Position numbers and translations under genes: made by a program | Shown here: one piece after another, positions 30,512 through 41,629 of the stretch | How the letters are laid out: the number at the start of each line of letters is the position of its first letter | How positions within the stretch are numbered: the first letter of the stretch is position 1 | Origin: a virus | Virus record (IMG/VR): IMGVR_UViG_3300050821_001858 | Coordinates: 1 to 64,000 of that record | Direction: 5' to 3' (one strand) | DNA length: 64,000 nt | Notes under the pieces: generated by a model | Seen by the model: the letters and a program-made list of their open reading frames with translations, nothing else | Databases searched by the model: none | What the model was told of the DNA's origin: nothing

Positions 30512-30877
30512 ATGAGTGAAGAACAAAACGTTGAAGTTGTAAAACTAAAGCACGAGGGGCTTGTTGTCCCTCGTGATCCTCATGCCGAAGTAGCTAAGCT
30601 TAAGCCAGAATTAAACGAAAGTCCTGAAGGCTTTGCTAGACGACGTTATGAAAGGTTTAATGAGGTTATTGGAGACAATAACAAGGATATTCGAGGAACG
30701 CCTAGATTTGGAATTCCTTGGAATTCGTTACCGGGTAAAATCCAAAAGGAATGGATTGAGGGAGCGCGTAAGTTTCTTGAACGCACGAACCCTGGAAATA
30801 GTCGTTATGCTCGTAAGTTTAAGACAAAGGCAGAAGCCCTGCTAGAAAAACGAGGGATTAAACGAGTTCCCTCATAA
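30512..30877 (+). CDS. Hypothetical late protein
   Basis: TATAAATA directly upstream. Confidence 0.6.
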   Translation: MSEEQNVEVVKLKHEGLVVPRDPHAEVAKLKPELNESPEGFARRRYERFNEVIGDNNKDIRGTPRFGIPWNSLPGKIQKEWIEGARKFLERTNPGNSRYARKFKTKAEALLEKRGIKRVPS

Positions 30878-30891
30878 AGAGAGGTACACCA

Positions 30892-31281
30892 ATGTATCTA
30901 CGCTTATTGGGACTACAAGTTTCACTGATGAAGGTATTATGGGCTTATGGTTTTCGTTTAATGCTTAGTCTTTCATATGTGTTGGGGATTGAAATTCGTC
31001 CTCAGGTGGCGCAACCCGCTGACACGTTTAAAACGATTGTTGAGCCTTATCGTATAAAAAAAGAAGACATAGAAAAAATCAACATCGAAGTCCCTGAGGA
31101 ATTAATTAAGCGAGCAGCGGCTCATATCGGGGGAGATAATAATCAGTATCATATCCTTTTGAAGGTAGCTGATCAATATCGAGAGGCTAATCTTAATCCG
31201 GTTATTCTAACTGACACTGACCATGATGTATGGCGTGTTACATCTCGTGAGTTTATCGACAACCCCAAAATGATTAATTGA
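30892..31281 (+). CDS. Hypothetical protein
   Basis: GAGG RBS. Confidence 0.55.
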   Translation: MYLRLLGLQVSLMKVLWAYGFRLMLSLSYVLGIEIRPQVAQPADTFKTIVEPYRIKKEDIEKINIEVPEELIKRAAAHIGGDNNQYHILLKVADQYREANLNPVILTDTDHDVWRVTSREFIDNPKMIN

Positions 31282-31462
31282 ACATGAATGATATTATTGT
31301 AAGATTTGGACAGAGTATTTTTGTACAGGCGAGAACAACTACCATATGTGCTCTTCCCCAATATAGAGGTAATAGAGAATTAGTTGATCGTGTTATGAAT
31401 GCCTATTCTAATCGTAGAGAATATTATAGTGATATATGTCCCAATGTTTATGAGAAAGACTA

Positions 31463-31636
31463 ATGGATTTTAGAGATAAAACACGTGAAGTTTATATAAC
31501 AGTTAAAGATTATACATTAGATAGGATAGGATTGTCACTTCAAAAGAAAATTGAAGAAACAATGCCTTTTGGTTTTAATCAATTTGAATTATATTCATTT
31601 CAAGTTGATATGAATGAATCTATTTTTGGAGAGTAA
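31463..31636 (+). CDS. Hypothetical 57-aa protein (not in ORF track)
   Basis: TAATG-coupled on both sides, MDFRDK...SIFGE. Confidence 0.45.
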   Translation: MDFRDKTREVYITVKDYTLDRIGLSLQKKIEETMPFGFNQFELYSFQVDMNESIFGE

Positions 31637-34173
31637 TGAATAAGAAATTTGAGTATTTTTATACAAATGTGTATATGCGTGGTGATTTCCTTTATGTAGT
31701 TGGTTATGCCAATGGAAAAAGGTTTGAAGACAAATTAGAATACAAACCTTATTTGTTTGTTCCGACCTCTGAAGAGAGCGAATATCATACTGTCTTCGGT
31801 AGACCTGTCAAGCGTATGGAATTCAACACCATGCGCGACGCGCGTGAGTTTTTGAAGCAACAAAAGGACGTTGATAATTCCGAGGTCTTCGGTCTTAATA
31901 ATTTCCCGTATGTGTACATCAACGACGAATTTCCCGGTCAAGAAGTCGATTATAATCCCAACCTTATTTCGATTGTATCGTTGGATATCGAAGTCGCGGC
32001 AACTAATGGGATGCCTGATGTAGAGGTAGCTGTCGAGGAAGTAACAGCTATCACCATGGTTAAGCGTGGGCAGGTTATTACTTTCGGTTGTAAGTATTAC
32101 AAACCGGAACAAGATCATATCCAGTATATTTTGTGTGATGATGAAATAGACCTTCTTAAAAAATTCGTAGCTGTCTGGACTTCCGATGAATGGAAACCTG
32201 ATATTATTACGGGCTGGTCTTCGGACATGTTTGATATTCCGTATCTAGTGCGGAGAATTGAGCGTGTTTTAGGACAGAAATGGGTCAAATACCTTTCCCC
32301 GTGGGGATTTGTTGAAGAGCGCGAGATTGTTCGTGCTAAAGGTTCGGCTGCGTCGTTTGGTGACCGAGTTGAAAAGGTCTATGAGATCGCTGGTATTACA
32401 CAACTTGATTATCTTCAATTGTATAAGAAGTATACCTTTACGAATCATGAGTCCTATGCCCTTAATAACATTGCTCATTATGAATTGAAAGAGAAGAAGG
32501 TTGATTACTCGGAATATCGAAATCTAGATGAGTTGTACGAGAAGAATTATACCAAGTTCATTGATTATAACATTCATGATGCCGTGCTGGTCGAGCGTCT
32601 AGACAAAAAGATGGGCTTCATTAATCTTGTTCTAGCTTTGACGTATAAAGCTAAGGTAAACATGATTGATACTATGACGACCATTCGTTCATGGGACGTT
32701 ATCATTCATAACTACCTTATGGAACGCAAGATTGTCGTCCCCCAATATAAAAAGAAGAATTTCCGTCCGTTTGTAGGTGCATATGTGAAGGATGTACATA
32801 TTGGATTACATAAGTGGATTGTCTCGTTTGACGCCACGTCTCTGTATCCATCCGTGATTTCTCAGGTCAATATTTCACCTGAAACATACGTCAAGACGGT
32901 ACCGATTGCTTCGGTGGAACATATCATTGAGCGTAAGCTAGTTTCTGAATATGAAGGAGACTTCTCTCTGGCAGCTAATGGTGCTCTATATCGTAAAGAC
33001 GTTCAAGGTTTTCTGGGAGTTCTAGTTGATAAGTTTATAGCTGATCGAAAGATTATCAAAAATAAACAGCTTGCTTTGGAAGTCGAGAAAGAGGAACAAA
33101 AAGTTGAAGGGTTGGATGATGATATCTTAAAGTTATACAACTATCAGTGGGCATTGAAGATTTTGACTAATGGTTTATATGGTGCGCTTGGTAATCAGTA
33201 TTTTCGTTGGTTTGAAGTTATATTTGCTGAGTCAATCACTAAAACTGGTCAGTTGGTTTTGCAATGGGCAGAAACTCATATGAATGCCTATTTGAATAAA
33301 ACGATGAAGACAGAAGGAGTGGACTATATTGTTGCGGGAGATACTGATTCGATCTACGTTAATCTTGGACCGTTGGTGGATAAGTGCGGCATGTCGGGCG
33401 AACGACACGACAAGGTTGTCGAATTCTTGGACAAAGTTTGTAAGACTAAAATTCGACCTTATCTTGACGGACGTATGTTGGAACTTAGCGAGATGCTTAA
33501 ATCGTATCATCACAAGTTTGATATGAAGCAAGAAGCTATTTGTTCGAAGGCTATCTTCCGAGGTAAGAAGATGTACATCTTGAATGTGCATTCTTCGGAA
33601 GGTGTGACTTTTGATGAACCTAAGATTAAGATGAAAGGTATTGAGGCTGTTCGATCCTCGACTCCTATGTCTTGTCGGAATGCGATTAAGGATGCGTTGA
33701 AAATCATTATGAACAAAGAAGAGCCTGCTCTTCATGATTTCATTCGAGACTTTGAAAAGAAGTTTTATGAGATGCCTTTTGTTGATATTGCATTCCCTCG
33801 CACATGTAATAATTTGATGGAGTATTATGATAAAGATAAGTTGATCAAACCAAAGTGTCCTATTGCTGTTCATGGTGCTCATGTTCATAATATGATGCTT
33901 CAGAAACTAGATTTGATAAAGAAATACCCTCTTGTTCGAAATAAGGACAAGATTAAGTTTGCCTATCTCAAAGCTGATAATCCAACTGGTCATAATGTAA
34001 TTGCAATGGGTAATGAGATGCCTGAAGAGTTCAAAATTGAAGAGTATGTTGATCGGGCTCTCCAGTTTGAGAAAGCTTTCTTGTCACCAATTAGGTCTAT
34101 TACTGATGTTATTGGATGGCATGTTAAACCACAAGCAGATGAAAACTTATTTTACGAGGATGCATGGACATGA
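31636..34173 (+). CDS. 43: Family B DNA polymerase gp43
   Basis: LDIEV exonuclease, SFDATSLYPS, KILTNGLYGALGN, GDTDSIY, KGIEAVRSSTP. Confidence 0.98.
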   Translation: MNKKFEYFYTNVYMRGDFLYVVGYANGKRFEDKLEYKPYLFVPTSEESEYHTVFGRPVKRMEFNTMRDAREFLKQQKDVDNSEVFGLNNFPYVYINDEFPGQEVDYNPNLISIVSLDIEVAATNGMPDVEVAVEEVTAITMVKRGQVITFGCKYYKPEQDHIQYILCDDEIDLLKKFVAVWTSDEWKPDIITGWSSDMFDIPYLVRRIERVLGQKWVKYLSPWGFVEEREIVRAKGSAASFGDRVEKVYEIAGITQLDYLQLYKKYTFTNHESYALNNIAHYELKEKKVDYSEYRNLDELYEKNYTKFIDYNIHDAVLVERLDKKMGFINLVLALTYKAKVNMIDTMTTIRSWDVIIHNYLMERKIVVPQYKKKNFRPFVGAYVKDVHIGLHKWIVSFDATSLYPSVISQVNISPETYVKTVPIASVEHIIERKLVSEYEGDFSLAANGALYRKDVQGFLGVLVDKFIADRKIIKNKQLALEVEKEEQKVEGLDDDILKLYNYQWALKILTNGLYGALGNQYFRWFEVIFAESITKTGQLVLQWAETHMNAYLNKTMKTEGVDYIVAGDTDSIYVNLGPLVDKCGMSGERHDKVVEFLDKVCKTKIRPYLDGRMLELSEMLKSYHHKFDMKQEAICSKAIFRGKKMYILNVHSSEGVTFDEPKIKMKGIEAVRSSTPMSCRNAIKDALKIIMNKEEPALHDFIRDFEKKFYEMPFVDIAFPRTCNNLMEYYDKDKLIKPKCPIAVHGAHVHNMMLQKLDLIKKYPLVRNKDKIKFAYLKADNPTGHNVIAMGNEMPEEFKIEEYVDRALQFEKAFLSPIRSITDVIGWHVKPQADENLFYEDAWT

Positions 34174-34421
34174 ATATATTATATGGTAATACAGTAACTT
34201 TTGCAGATATGGGGATCAAATATGATGGTCCGAAACATTTTTATATATACCATTCGACTAGCTGGAATAATTCTGATTTAATGGTAGATATTAATCTTGA
34301 AGATGGAACAATTCACTTTGGAGCGAGATATACTCCTACTTTAGCTGCTGAAACATTTTGGGAAAGTATTTCTGGTGAATATAAAGATTATTTGAAATGG
34401 AAAAGGGATAGAACAAAATGA
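34164..34421 (+). CDS. Hypothetical protein
   Basis: Coupled ORF. Confidence 0.5.
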   Translation: MDMNILYGNTVTFADMGIKYDGPKHFYIYHSTSWNNSDLMVDINLEDGTIHFGARYTPTLAAETFWESISGEYKDYLKWKRDRTK

Positions 34422-34645
34422 ACACAAAGATAGATGAAACAAATGATTTTGATTTTGGTATAACTTATGAAGATAGGTCTGGTAAGACACCTGATGCTGA
34501 GAAAATTCAACAGTTACTAGCTCTCATTGAGCCTTTGTTGGATAATCTTGCTAAGGACCCTCAAAAGACGACCATCACCTGGGCGAAACGAGGGGAAGTC
34601 ATCACCAAAATCAAGGCGCGAATAAATCAAATCGTGGCGAGCTAA
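34418..34645 (+). CDS. Hypothetical protein conserved near gp43 in T4-like phages
   Basis: FDFG, PLLDNL.KDP.K..I.W..R. Confidence 0.6.
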   Translation: MNTKIDETNDFDFGITYEDRSGKTPDAEKIQQLLALIEPLLDNLAKDPQKTTITWAKRGEVITKIKARINQIVAS

Positions 34646-34813
34646 CCCCTTGACTCCCCTACCAAATTGTGCTATCATCTGGCTTCGTAATAGACTTTAT
34701 CCGTCATATGAATGTGAGGATTGTATTGGCATGCGTGAGCATGGTTGCTACTGTGAGTATTATGGAGCTATAGCACCGGGGGTACCACCGGGGAGAATAA
34801 GAAAGGGATTAAG

Positions 34814-35899
34814 ATGGCTACTGGCGAAATGGCTGCGCTGCTAAAGAAGATACAAAGCGTTAATAAGCTTGTTGGAACTGAAATGTTAGAAGATAGTATT
34901 ATCTTCGAAAACGTTGATCCAATTGTAACACCTGTACCGTTGATCAACGTGGCTTTGTCGGGTAGGTTGGATGGGGGACTTTTTCCAGGCACACTCATGA
35001 TTGCTGCTGAATCTAAGCGGTTCAAGAGTGTGTTTGGTCTTATGCTTGCGTCGGCTTATCTTCAGCAAGTTCCAGGGAGTTATTTGGTATTTTATGATAC
35101 TGAGCGAGGCACCCCCAAGGATTATTGGCAATCTGTTGGTATTGATCCTAAGCGTGTTGTTTATAAACAGCCGGATAATATTGAAAGATTGAATGCTGAT
35201 ATGATGCATTTGATCAATAGTCTTGAACCTGAACATGATGGTAAACTCTTCATTTTGATTGATTCGCTTGGTAATCTTCCAAGTATGCATGAGACGGAAG
35301 TTGCTGCTGAGGGTAAAGGTAAAGTTGATATGGCACGTTCAAAGGTGCTTAAGTCACTTTTTCGAACAACTACGTTGCCAATTGTTCAAAAGCGTTGTTA
35401 TTGTGTAGTCATCAATCATGTCTATTCCCAAATGTCAATGTATGCTCCTGTGAAAGTATCCGGGGGTGGTGGTCCAACATATAATTCAAATGATATTTGG
35501 ATTATCGGCAAGCGTGTTGACAGCGAAGGTAAGGGTGAAGAGAAGGTTGTACACGGAAATGAATTCATTATTAATATAGAGAAGTCCCGTATTGTTCGGG
35601 AGCGTTCTCAGTTTCCAATCAATGTAAGTTATACTGAAGGTATTCAGCGTTGGTCGGGTTTGTTTGATATCGCAATGTATGGAGAATTTATTAATGCCGC
35701 GACGACAAAAGGTTGGTACACAACAGATAAAATTGCCTCCCGTGATGGCAAAAAATTTCATCGCGCTGATGTTGAATATGATGACGCTTTCTGGAAAGAA
35801 ATGGTTAACCGAGAAGATTTCAAAGCGTTCATGACAGATTTGTTTACTCTTGGAAATAAACCATTGATTTCATACGATAACGTGTTTAATGAGAACTGA
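34814..35899 (+). CDS. uvsX: RecA-like recombinase UvsX
   Basis: INVALSG.LDGG, FYDTE.G, IDSLGNL, DMARSK..KSLFR, INHVY, VSGG.G. Confidence 0.93.
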   Translation: MATGEMAALLKKIQSVNKLVGTEMLEDSIIFENVDPIVTPVPLINVALSGRLDGGLFPGTLMIAAESKRFKSVFGLMLASAYLQQVPGSYLVFYDTERGTPKDYWQSVGIDPKRVVYKQPDNIERLNADMMHLINSLEPEHDGKLFILIDSLGNLPSMHETEVAAEGKGKVDMARSKVLKSLFRTTTLPIVQKRCYCVVINHVYSQMSMYAPVKVSGGGGPTYNSNDIWIIGKRVDSEGKGEEKVVHGNEFIINIEKSRIVRERSQFPINVSYTEGIQRWSGLFDIAMYGEFINAATTKGWYTTDKIASRDGKKFHRADVEYDDAFWKEMVNREDFKAFMTDLFTLGNKPLISYDNVFNEN

Positions 35900-37298
35900 A
35901 ACATCGATATTATCAAACCTTATTACCAACGAAGAATACATCCGAAAAGTCTTTCCTTATCTCAAAAAAGAGTACTTCATGGACGGTGCTGAAGCTACCG
36001 TTTTCCATGTGATCAAAGAATACTTTGACAAGTACAATAAACGCCCCCTTATTCAGGTAATGCAATCTGAATTGGCGGAATATAACCTGAGTACTAAGGA
36101 ATTTGATCAGGTAAAATCTGTCGTTGAAAGTATTAAGTCTCTTGATAGCGTAAAACCAGATTTGGAGTGGCTTGTTGACACCACAGAACAGTGGTGTCAA
36201 ACGCAAGCTATTCATGGTGCCATCCTTCAGTCGATGGATATCATTTCGGATGACAAAAAACCCCGGAACGCAATTCCGGGGTTGTTGCAAGATGCTTTAG
36301 CGGTTTCATTTAATAGCGACGTTGGACTTGATTTTTATGATCATGCTGATTATTGGTATGATTTAACTCATAGTCGTTTACCGCGTATACCTTTTGATAT
36401 TGATTATCTGAATAAAATCACCAAAGGTGGTTTACTCCCCAAGACGTTGAACATCATTATTGGTGGTGTTGGTTTTGGTAAATCGCTTTGGATGTGTCAT
36501 ATGGCAGGCGCTAACCTGCTACAAGGTAAAAAAGTCTTGTATATTACCATGGAGTTGTCGAAAGAACAAACCATGGAACGTATCTATGCAAATATGTTGA
36601 ATATTTCATTGGATATGATGCCTGATATCCCTAAAGAAATCTTCTTGAAAAAAGTTGAGAAGATGAAGGAAAAGACGGCTGGTCGTCTAAAAGTGGCAGA
36701 GTATCCTACTGGTTCCGCTGGTGCTGCTAACTTTCGACATCTTTTGAATGAACTGAAAGTCAAGCAGAATTTCGTTCCTGATATTGTTTATATCGATTAT
36801 TTGAATATTTGTTGTTCAAGTCGAGTAAAACTTTCGGGGAATCTAGGGATGTATAATTATGTCAAGTCAATTGCTGAAGAAATTCGTGCTCTCGCAGTTG
36901 AACAAAATATCCCTATTATCTCGGCTTCGCAGGTTAACCGTGAAGGGTTTAGATCGTCTGATCCGGGTATGGATGATATTTCGGAATCCTTTGGACTAGC
37001 AGCAACAGCCGATCTGATTATTATCATCATTCTGTCCGAAGAGTTAATAGCTCTAAACCAATATATGGTCAAGCAAGGAAAGAACCGGTACGCTGACGTT
37101 AATCGGTTCAATAAGTTCGTAGTTGGGGTAGATAAACCAAAGATGCGTCTTTATAATGTGGAAGCGCATGCTCAATCGAGAACTATAGAGGAACCAACCG
37201 TTGTTCAATTAGAAGCCCCCGTTGATTATGAGAAGTCTCTTATCGATGCTTTAGGATCGCTGGTTGAACCGGAACCTGAATGGAGTCAATATGGATAA
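35889..37298 (+). CDS. 41: Replicative helicase gp41
   Basis: GGVGFGKSL, YITMELS, IDYLNIC, SESFGLAATAD, KMRLY. Confidence 0.96.
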   Translation: MRTETSILSNLITNEEYIRKVFPYLKKEYFMDGAEATVFHVIKEYFDKYNKRPLIQVMQSELAEYNLSTKEFDQVKSVVESIKSLDSVKPDLEWLVDTTEQWCQTQAIHGAILQSMDIISDDKKPRNAIPGLLQDALAVSFNSDVGLDFYDHADYWYDLTHSRLPRIPFDIDYLNKITKGGLLPKTLNIIIGGVGFGKSLWMCHMAGANLLQGKKVLYITMELSKEQTMERIYANMLNISLDMMPDIPKEIFLKKVEKMKEKTAGRLKVAEYPTGSAGAANFRHLLNELKVKQNFVPDIVYIDYLNICCSSRVKLSGNLGMYNYVKSIAEEIRALAVEQNIPIISASQVNREGFRSSDPGMDDISESFGLAATADLIIIIILSEELIALNQYMVKQGKNRYADVNRFNKFVVGVDKPKMRLYNVEAHAQSRTIEEPTVVQLEAPVDYEKSLIDALGSLVEPEPEWSQYG

Positions 37299-37454
37299 AT
37301 CATCAACAACGTTAGAAGCGCTTTTTTGGGATATGGAACGCGCAATGGTAAAATGTATGAGTTATCATACTTTTTGGAATTATAAAGCTTTGATACCTGA
37401 GGTTAGTAATGGGAGTAATATTACTTCTTTACAATGGGACATGTTGTATAATGT

Positions 37455-38015
37455 TTACTTTAATGAATGAAGACGGAAAGCAACTTGTTCATGTCCTGAT
37501 TTTGATATACAAGTGTATGTGTATAGTCCTAAATTAAGGAATTCTTGAAAAGCTTTATATTCCCCTTCCTCAAAACCAGTATATCCACAAAATTCATCGA
37601 ATAGAATAATAGTACCATCTCGTAATTGATCTTTAATTGTATTAAGAACATATGAAGTTGAAGAATATAGATCAGCATCCATATGTAAAAAGGCAACTGA
37701 ATCAGTTTGTTCTTTGAGGAAGGTTTCAAGAGTATCTTGAAATAGACCTATCACAAGATGAACGTTGGAGGGTAAGTCTTTCGGAGGATCACATTTAAAA
37801 TGCCCTTTGTCATAGCCGTTACGCCAATTTTCGGGTAATCCTTCGAATGAATCAAAACCATAAACAGTACGATTGGGTAAATGGTTGGCTATTCTTCGGA
37901 TTGAGCCTCCTGTTCCTACTCCAAATTCCATGATCATTCCATCCTCGGAGGATTGAGATAGAATTTCTTCAAGGGTTTTGCCTTCAGTTCCTTCAATTTT
38001 ATCTATGAGTGACAT
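37455..38015 (-). CDS. Class I SAM-dependent methyltransferase (TylF/MycF-like)
   Basis: EFGVGTGGS, YGFDSFEGLPE, GLFQDTL, HMDADLYSST, FDE; start moved to ATG after minus-strand CTAAATA. Confidence 0.85.
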   Translation of the reverse strand: MSLIDKIEGTEGKTLEEILSQSSEDGMIMEFGVGTGGSIRRIANHLPNRTVYGFDSFEGLPENWRNGYDKGHFKCDPPKDLPSNVHLVIGLFQDTLETFLKEQTDSVAFLHMDADLYSSTSYVLNTIKDQLRDGTIILFDEFCGYTGFEEGEYKAFQEFLNLGLYTYTCISKSGHEQVAFRLHSLK

Positions 38016-38039
38016 AGGATTATTTAGTCTAAATAATGA

Positions 38040-40112
38040 ATGTTCCTGATAGATGAAGAAGTCATTTTTGAAGCTGAAGAGCCTAAAGAACAAGAAAAGC
38101 CCCAAAAGCTGACTAAACAGGGTTATTTTGACCATGTAGAGGACTTGATTTTTCGTCATGGAGAAAAAGGTTATAAGGACGCTCTAAAAGTATTGGATAA
38201 AACATATGGGTTTGTTAAGGGAAGAAATAAAGGAATTAACGTCTCTACTAAATTTGACGGTAGTCCGGGAATACTTTGGGGACATGCAAACGGTAAATTC
38301 TTCGTATCCACGAAATCTTTTTTTAATCAATCCCCAAAACTCAATTTTACTACAAACGATATCCAATCCAATCATGGAAAGTCTAAGGGACTTACAACGC
38401 GCCTTCAACAAGCACTGAAATATCTCCCGGAAGTTACTCCTAAGAAGGGTATATTCCGAGGGGATTTGATGTTCACTAAGGATGATATAGAGCACGCCAA
38501 TGGAAATATCAAATTCACTCCAAACACTCTATCATACAATGTACCCGATGCCTCCGAAGAAGGTCAAAAGATTCTTAAGGCTAAGATCGGCATTGTCCCT
38601 CATATGGAATATGAGGAACAGCCTAATGGGTCATTAAAGGCTCGTTTCGATCTTTCCCCTTCTCGGTTTAAGAAGTCTGATAATGTGCATATGATCGATC
38701 CTCAATTGAAGGGTCCTCAGGAAATGCATCCTGAACGAGAAAAAGACTATATTGATAATATTAATCAGGCACAGAAATTAAAATCCGAGTTGGACAGTAA
38801 TCACTCCTTTATGGCGATTGAAGGTCATCAGGATTTATTACTCGGCTATATCAATAATTGCGTCAAGGAAGGCAAGCCCAAGTCAGTTGGGGGCTATATC
38901 TCGTTCTTGACCAAGAAAGCCGGGGAACATATTGGTAGTGTCAAGCAGGACAAAACTAAGAGTAAAGTTCAAAAGGAACTTGATGATGAAATCTTCAAGG
39001 TAAATCAGAATAAAAAGGGTCTTGATACCCTATTCAAGGTACATGGGCATCTTGCGAAGGCAAAGAAAGCCCTTACTGATACCTTAGGCAAGAATTCCCC
39101 CTATAAAGAAACAGTGTTGGATAAACCGGCAAAGCCTGAGGGTTTTGTTGCATCTGTCGATGGTCAACCGGTGAAGCTGGTAGACCGGTCGAAATTCTCT
39201 GCGCAAAATTTCGAATGGAACAATAAGGTTAATCCCGAAGATAATCCTCTTGTTTTGACATTTGGACGTATGAATCCAGCAACAAAGGGTCATGGTAAGC
39301 TTCTCGATAAAGCTGATGACGTTGCTCGTCGTATTGGAGCAAAGGCGAAGACAGTCCTAACCAATACTCAGGATAAGAAGAACAATCCTCTTACTCCCGC
39401 TGAAAAGCTTAAATGGGCAAAGACCCTATTCCCCGGAAAAGATATCGCCTTGGCGTCACCTGATAAAGGGACGATCATTGCTCAGTTGCAACATGCTCAT
39501 CATTCAGGTGTGCAGGATATGACGATTGTTACTGGTTCTGATAAGGCTAAGATGTATCAGGATTTGATCAACAAGTATAATGGTCCAAGTAAAAACCATC
39601 TATTCAACTTCAAGAGAGCCCGGATCGTGGTTGCTAACCGTAATAAGGGTGGTAAACCCGGTAGTGAGGACCCGGAGGATGCATCAGCTACAAGAGCACG
39701 TGATGCAGCTATGAAGGATGATTTCAACGAATTCAAGAAAGTGATGCCTAAGGGAGTGTCGGATGACGCTACCAAGGAAGTATATCATACGGTAAGAGCA
39801 AATGCCGGTGTTGTCAAAATTGACGACAAAACAGATGCTCATGCTTTGGTTATTCTCTCAAAGCGACACGATGATATCGGTAAACAGGCTAAGAAAGAGG
39901 TAGAACGACGTAAAACTCATGGTATCTGGACAGGTCATATTCATGAAGATGGTAATAAAGTAAATGATCCTAATAAGAGATTGTTTGCTACCAAGTCAGC
40001 GTTTGATGCATATGCATCAGATACCCCTGATCAATCAACGAAAATACCTAATTATCAAGCGAACCTTGAAACAATTAGAAAAGTAATGAAAAAGAAAGCC
40101 CTTAAATCCTAA
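38040..40112 (+). CDS. Fusion: conserved T4-like (DUF6267-like) domain + cytidyltransferase-like domain
   Basis: H.EDL, KFDGSP, FFVSTKS.FN, F.PNT..Y, EGFV, KLVDR..FS..NF; then FGRMNPATKGH, NPL...EK, SAT.AR. Confidence 0.7.
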   Translation: MFLIDEEVIFEAEEPKEQEKPQKLTKQGYFDHVEDLIFRHGEKGYKDALKVLDKTYGFVKGRNKGINVSTKFDGSPGILWGHANGKFFVSTKSFFNQSPKLNFTTNDIQSNHGKSKGLTTRLQQALKYLPEVTPKKGIFRGDLMFTKDDIEHANGNIKFTPNTLSYNVPDASEEGQKILKAKIGIVPHMEYEEQPNGSLKARFDLSPSRFKKSDNVHMIDPQLKGPQEMHPEREKDYIDNINQAQKLKSELDSNHSFMAIEGHQDLLLGYINNCVKEGKPKSVGGYISFLTKKAGEHIGSVKQDKTKSKVQKELDDEIFKVNQNKKGLDTLFKVHGHLAKAKKALTDTLGKNSPYKETVLDKPAKPEGFVASVDGQPVKLVDRSKFSAQNFEWNNKVNPEDNPLVLTFGRMNPATKGHGKLLDKADDVARRIGAKAKTVLTNTQDKKNNPLTPAEKLKWAKTLFPGKDIALASPDKGTIIAQLQHAHHSGVQDMTIVTGSDKAKMYQDLINKYNGPSKNHLFNFKRARIVVANRNKGGKPGSEDPEDASATRARDAAMKDDFNEFKKVMPKGVSDDATKEVYHTVRANAGVVKIDDKTDAHALVILSKRHDDIGKQAKKEVERRKTHGIWTGHIHEDGNKVNDPNKRLFATKSAFDAYASDTPDQSTKIPNYQANLETIRKVMKKKALKS

Positions 40113-40142
40113 ATACTTTATCTAATTTAAGGGGTGTTTCGA

Positions 40143-41612
40143 ATGAAAAGTTTTAAGAATTTAATCAAAGGATTGAAAGAAGATGAAAACACGACCAGCC
40201 CGCAACCCTATCCGTTTGCCCCTGAAGCCGCTAAGCCAGAAGCCCAAACGAGTAGTCGTAAAAAGGTTCAAGCCAACACGTCCCCATGGTCAAACCAAGA
40301 CGATCCAAACACTATAAAAATCGGCGAGGTAACACCCGTTGATACTGACCCTCAATTGGACACCAAGAATCCAAAGCCGTCAAATGTACCGGTGGGTCAG
40401 AACACTACTGTTGAATCAACAGTTAATGAGGCTGAATATAATCTTTCAACACAAAAGTCTACTCTTGAAAAGGATATGGCATTTGCGAAGTATCATCGTG
40501 ATATAGCTGAAAGGGTCATGGAAATCGTAAAGCGTCGTCAAAAGCACGCTGATCTTCATGGTATTCGTCCATTCGGTAATATGGCTCCGATGCAAACAGA
40601 ATCATCTTCAGGGACTATTGTTCGACACCCTGTAGAAGTCGTCGGACATATTATTGATGCTGCAATGAAGGGTTTAGGTACTGATGCTAGATTGAATATT
40701 CATGTTCCACGTACTGGTGAATTATCTCATGCTCAATCTCGACTAGGTGCTGAAACTAATAAGAATGCTAAGAAGGCTAAGCCAGAAGAAAAGCCTGTTG
40801 CAAAGGAACCAGAAAGGGAGAAGACCGTGAATGATAAGCTGATGGCTGCTGTTGGTAAGATGGGAGAGAATGTCAACGAAGGCTTCATGAAGCGTCGTTA
40901 TAATATCTCGGATATTCATTCGGAAGTAGACAAATTCCATCCTTCTGTCCCCCATGAGAATGTTTTGCAACATATCGATAATAAGACCGCTCATTGGGCT
41001 GATCCTGTACAAAAGTCACAGGCTGCGTCTGATGCAAGCATGTACCATGAGCGTCGTCAGAAAGATTTCCGTAAGTCTCAGTCGTCCCAGAAGCTTACTT
41101 TAGCTTCTCAGGCAACAGATGGTGGTTCGGGTATATCTGAGAACCTGGGAGCTACTAATGATAGTTCGGGTGGTGCTGATGGTGTTGGTACCATTGATAA
41201 GGCAAATGTCAAGAAGAACAAAATTCGTCAAGGTATCGGTAAAGATAGCAAGAGTTCCTTCAATAACAAGAATTGGAATTCCCCCGGTGTTGTTGAAAAC
41301 TTCGGACCTGTTAAGTGGTCAGATTTGAAGGCTTTGAATGAGATAATGGGCTTAATTGACAATCGTAAGCCCGAAGATTTCCCAAAGACTAAAGAAGATT
41401 ACCTTAAGCATGCTATTAAGGCAGACAAGAGTGCCCAAGATGCTGATAAACGAGGTAAGGGATGGCATGCGATGATGTTCCGTCGAATTAGGGATCGTCA
41501 TCTAGTTCATTATATCAATCGAGCAGAACCCGATGAACTTCACAAGCTTCATAAAGCTATGACAACTGAAGAATTTGAAGCTATGATGAAGGATAAATAT
41601 CCAACAAAATAA
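40143..41612 (+). CDS. Hypothetical late protein (possible internal head protein)
   Basis: Late promoter, charged low-complexity sequence, repeated (V/L/I)xE motifs. Confidence 0.6.
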   Translation: MKSFKNLIKGLKEDENTTSPQPYPFAPEAAKPEAQTSSRKKVQANTSPWSNQDDPNTIKIGEVTPVDTDPQLDTKNPKPSNVPVGQNTTVESTVNEAEYNLSTQKSTLEKDMAFAKYHRDIAERVMEIVKRRQKHADLHGIRPFGNMAPMQTESSSGTIVRHPVEVVGHIIDAAMKGLGTDARLNIHVPRTGELSHAQSRLGAETNKNAKKAKPEEKPVAKEPEREKTVNDKLMAAVGKMGENVNEGFMKRRYNISDIHSEVDKFHPSVPHENVLQHIDNKTAHWADPVQKSQAASDASMYHERRQKDFRKSQSSQKLTLASQATDGGSGISENLGATNDSSGGADGVGTIDKANVKKNKIRQGIGKDSKSSFNNKNWNSPGVVENFGPVKWSDLKALNEIMGLIDNRKPEDFPKTKEDYLKHAIKADKSAQDADKRGKGWHAMMFRRIRDRHLVHYINRAEPDELHKLHKAMTTEEFEAMMKDKYPTK

Positions 41613-41629
41613 TAATAAGGAGAAATATA

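Noticed and set aside
23026-33888. Long antisense ORFs (23026..23694, 33232..33888)
   Set aside because: They mirror recognisable plus-strand genes and have no recognisable motifs.
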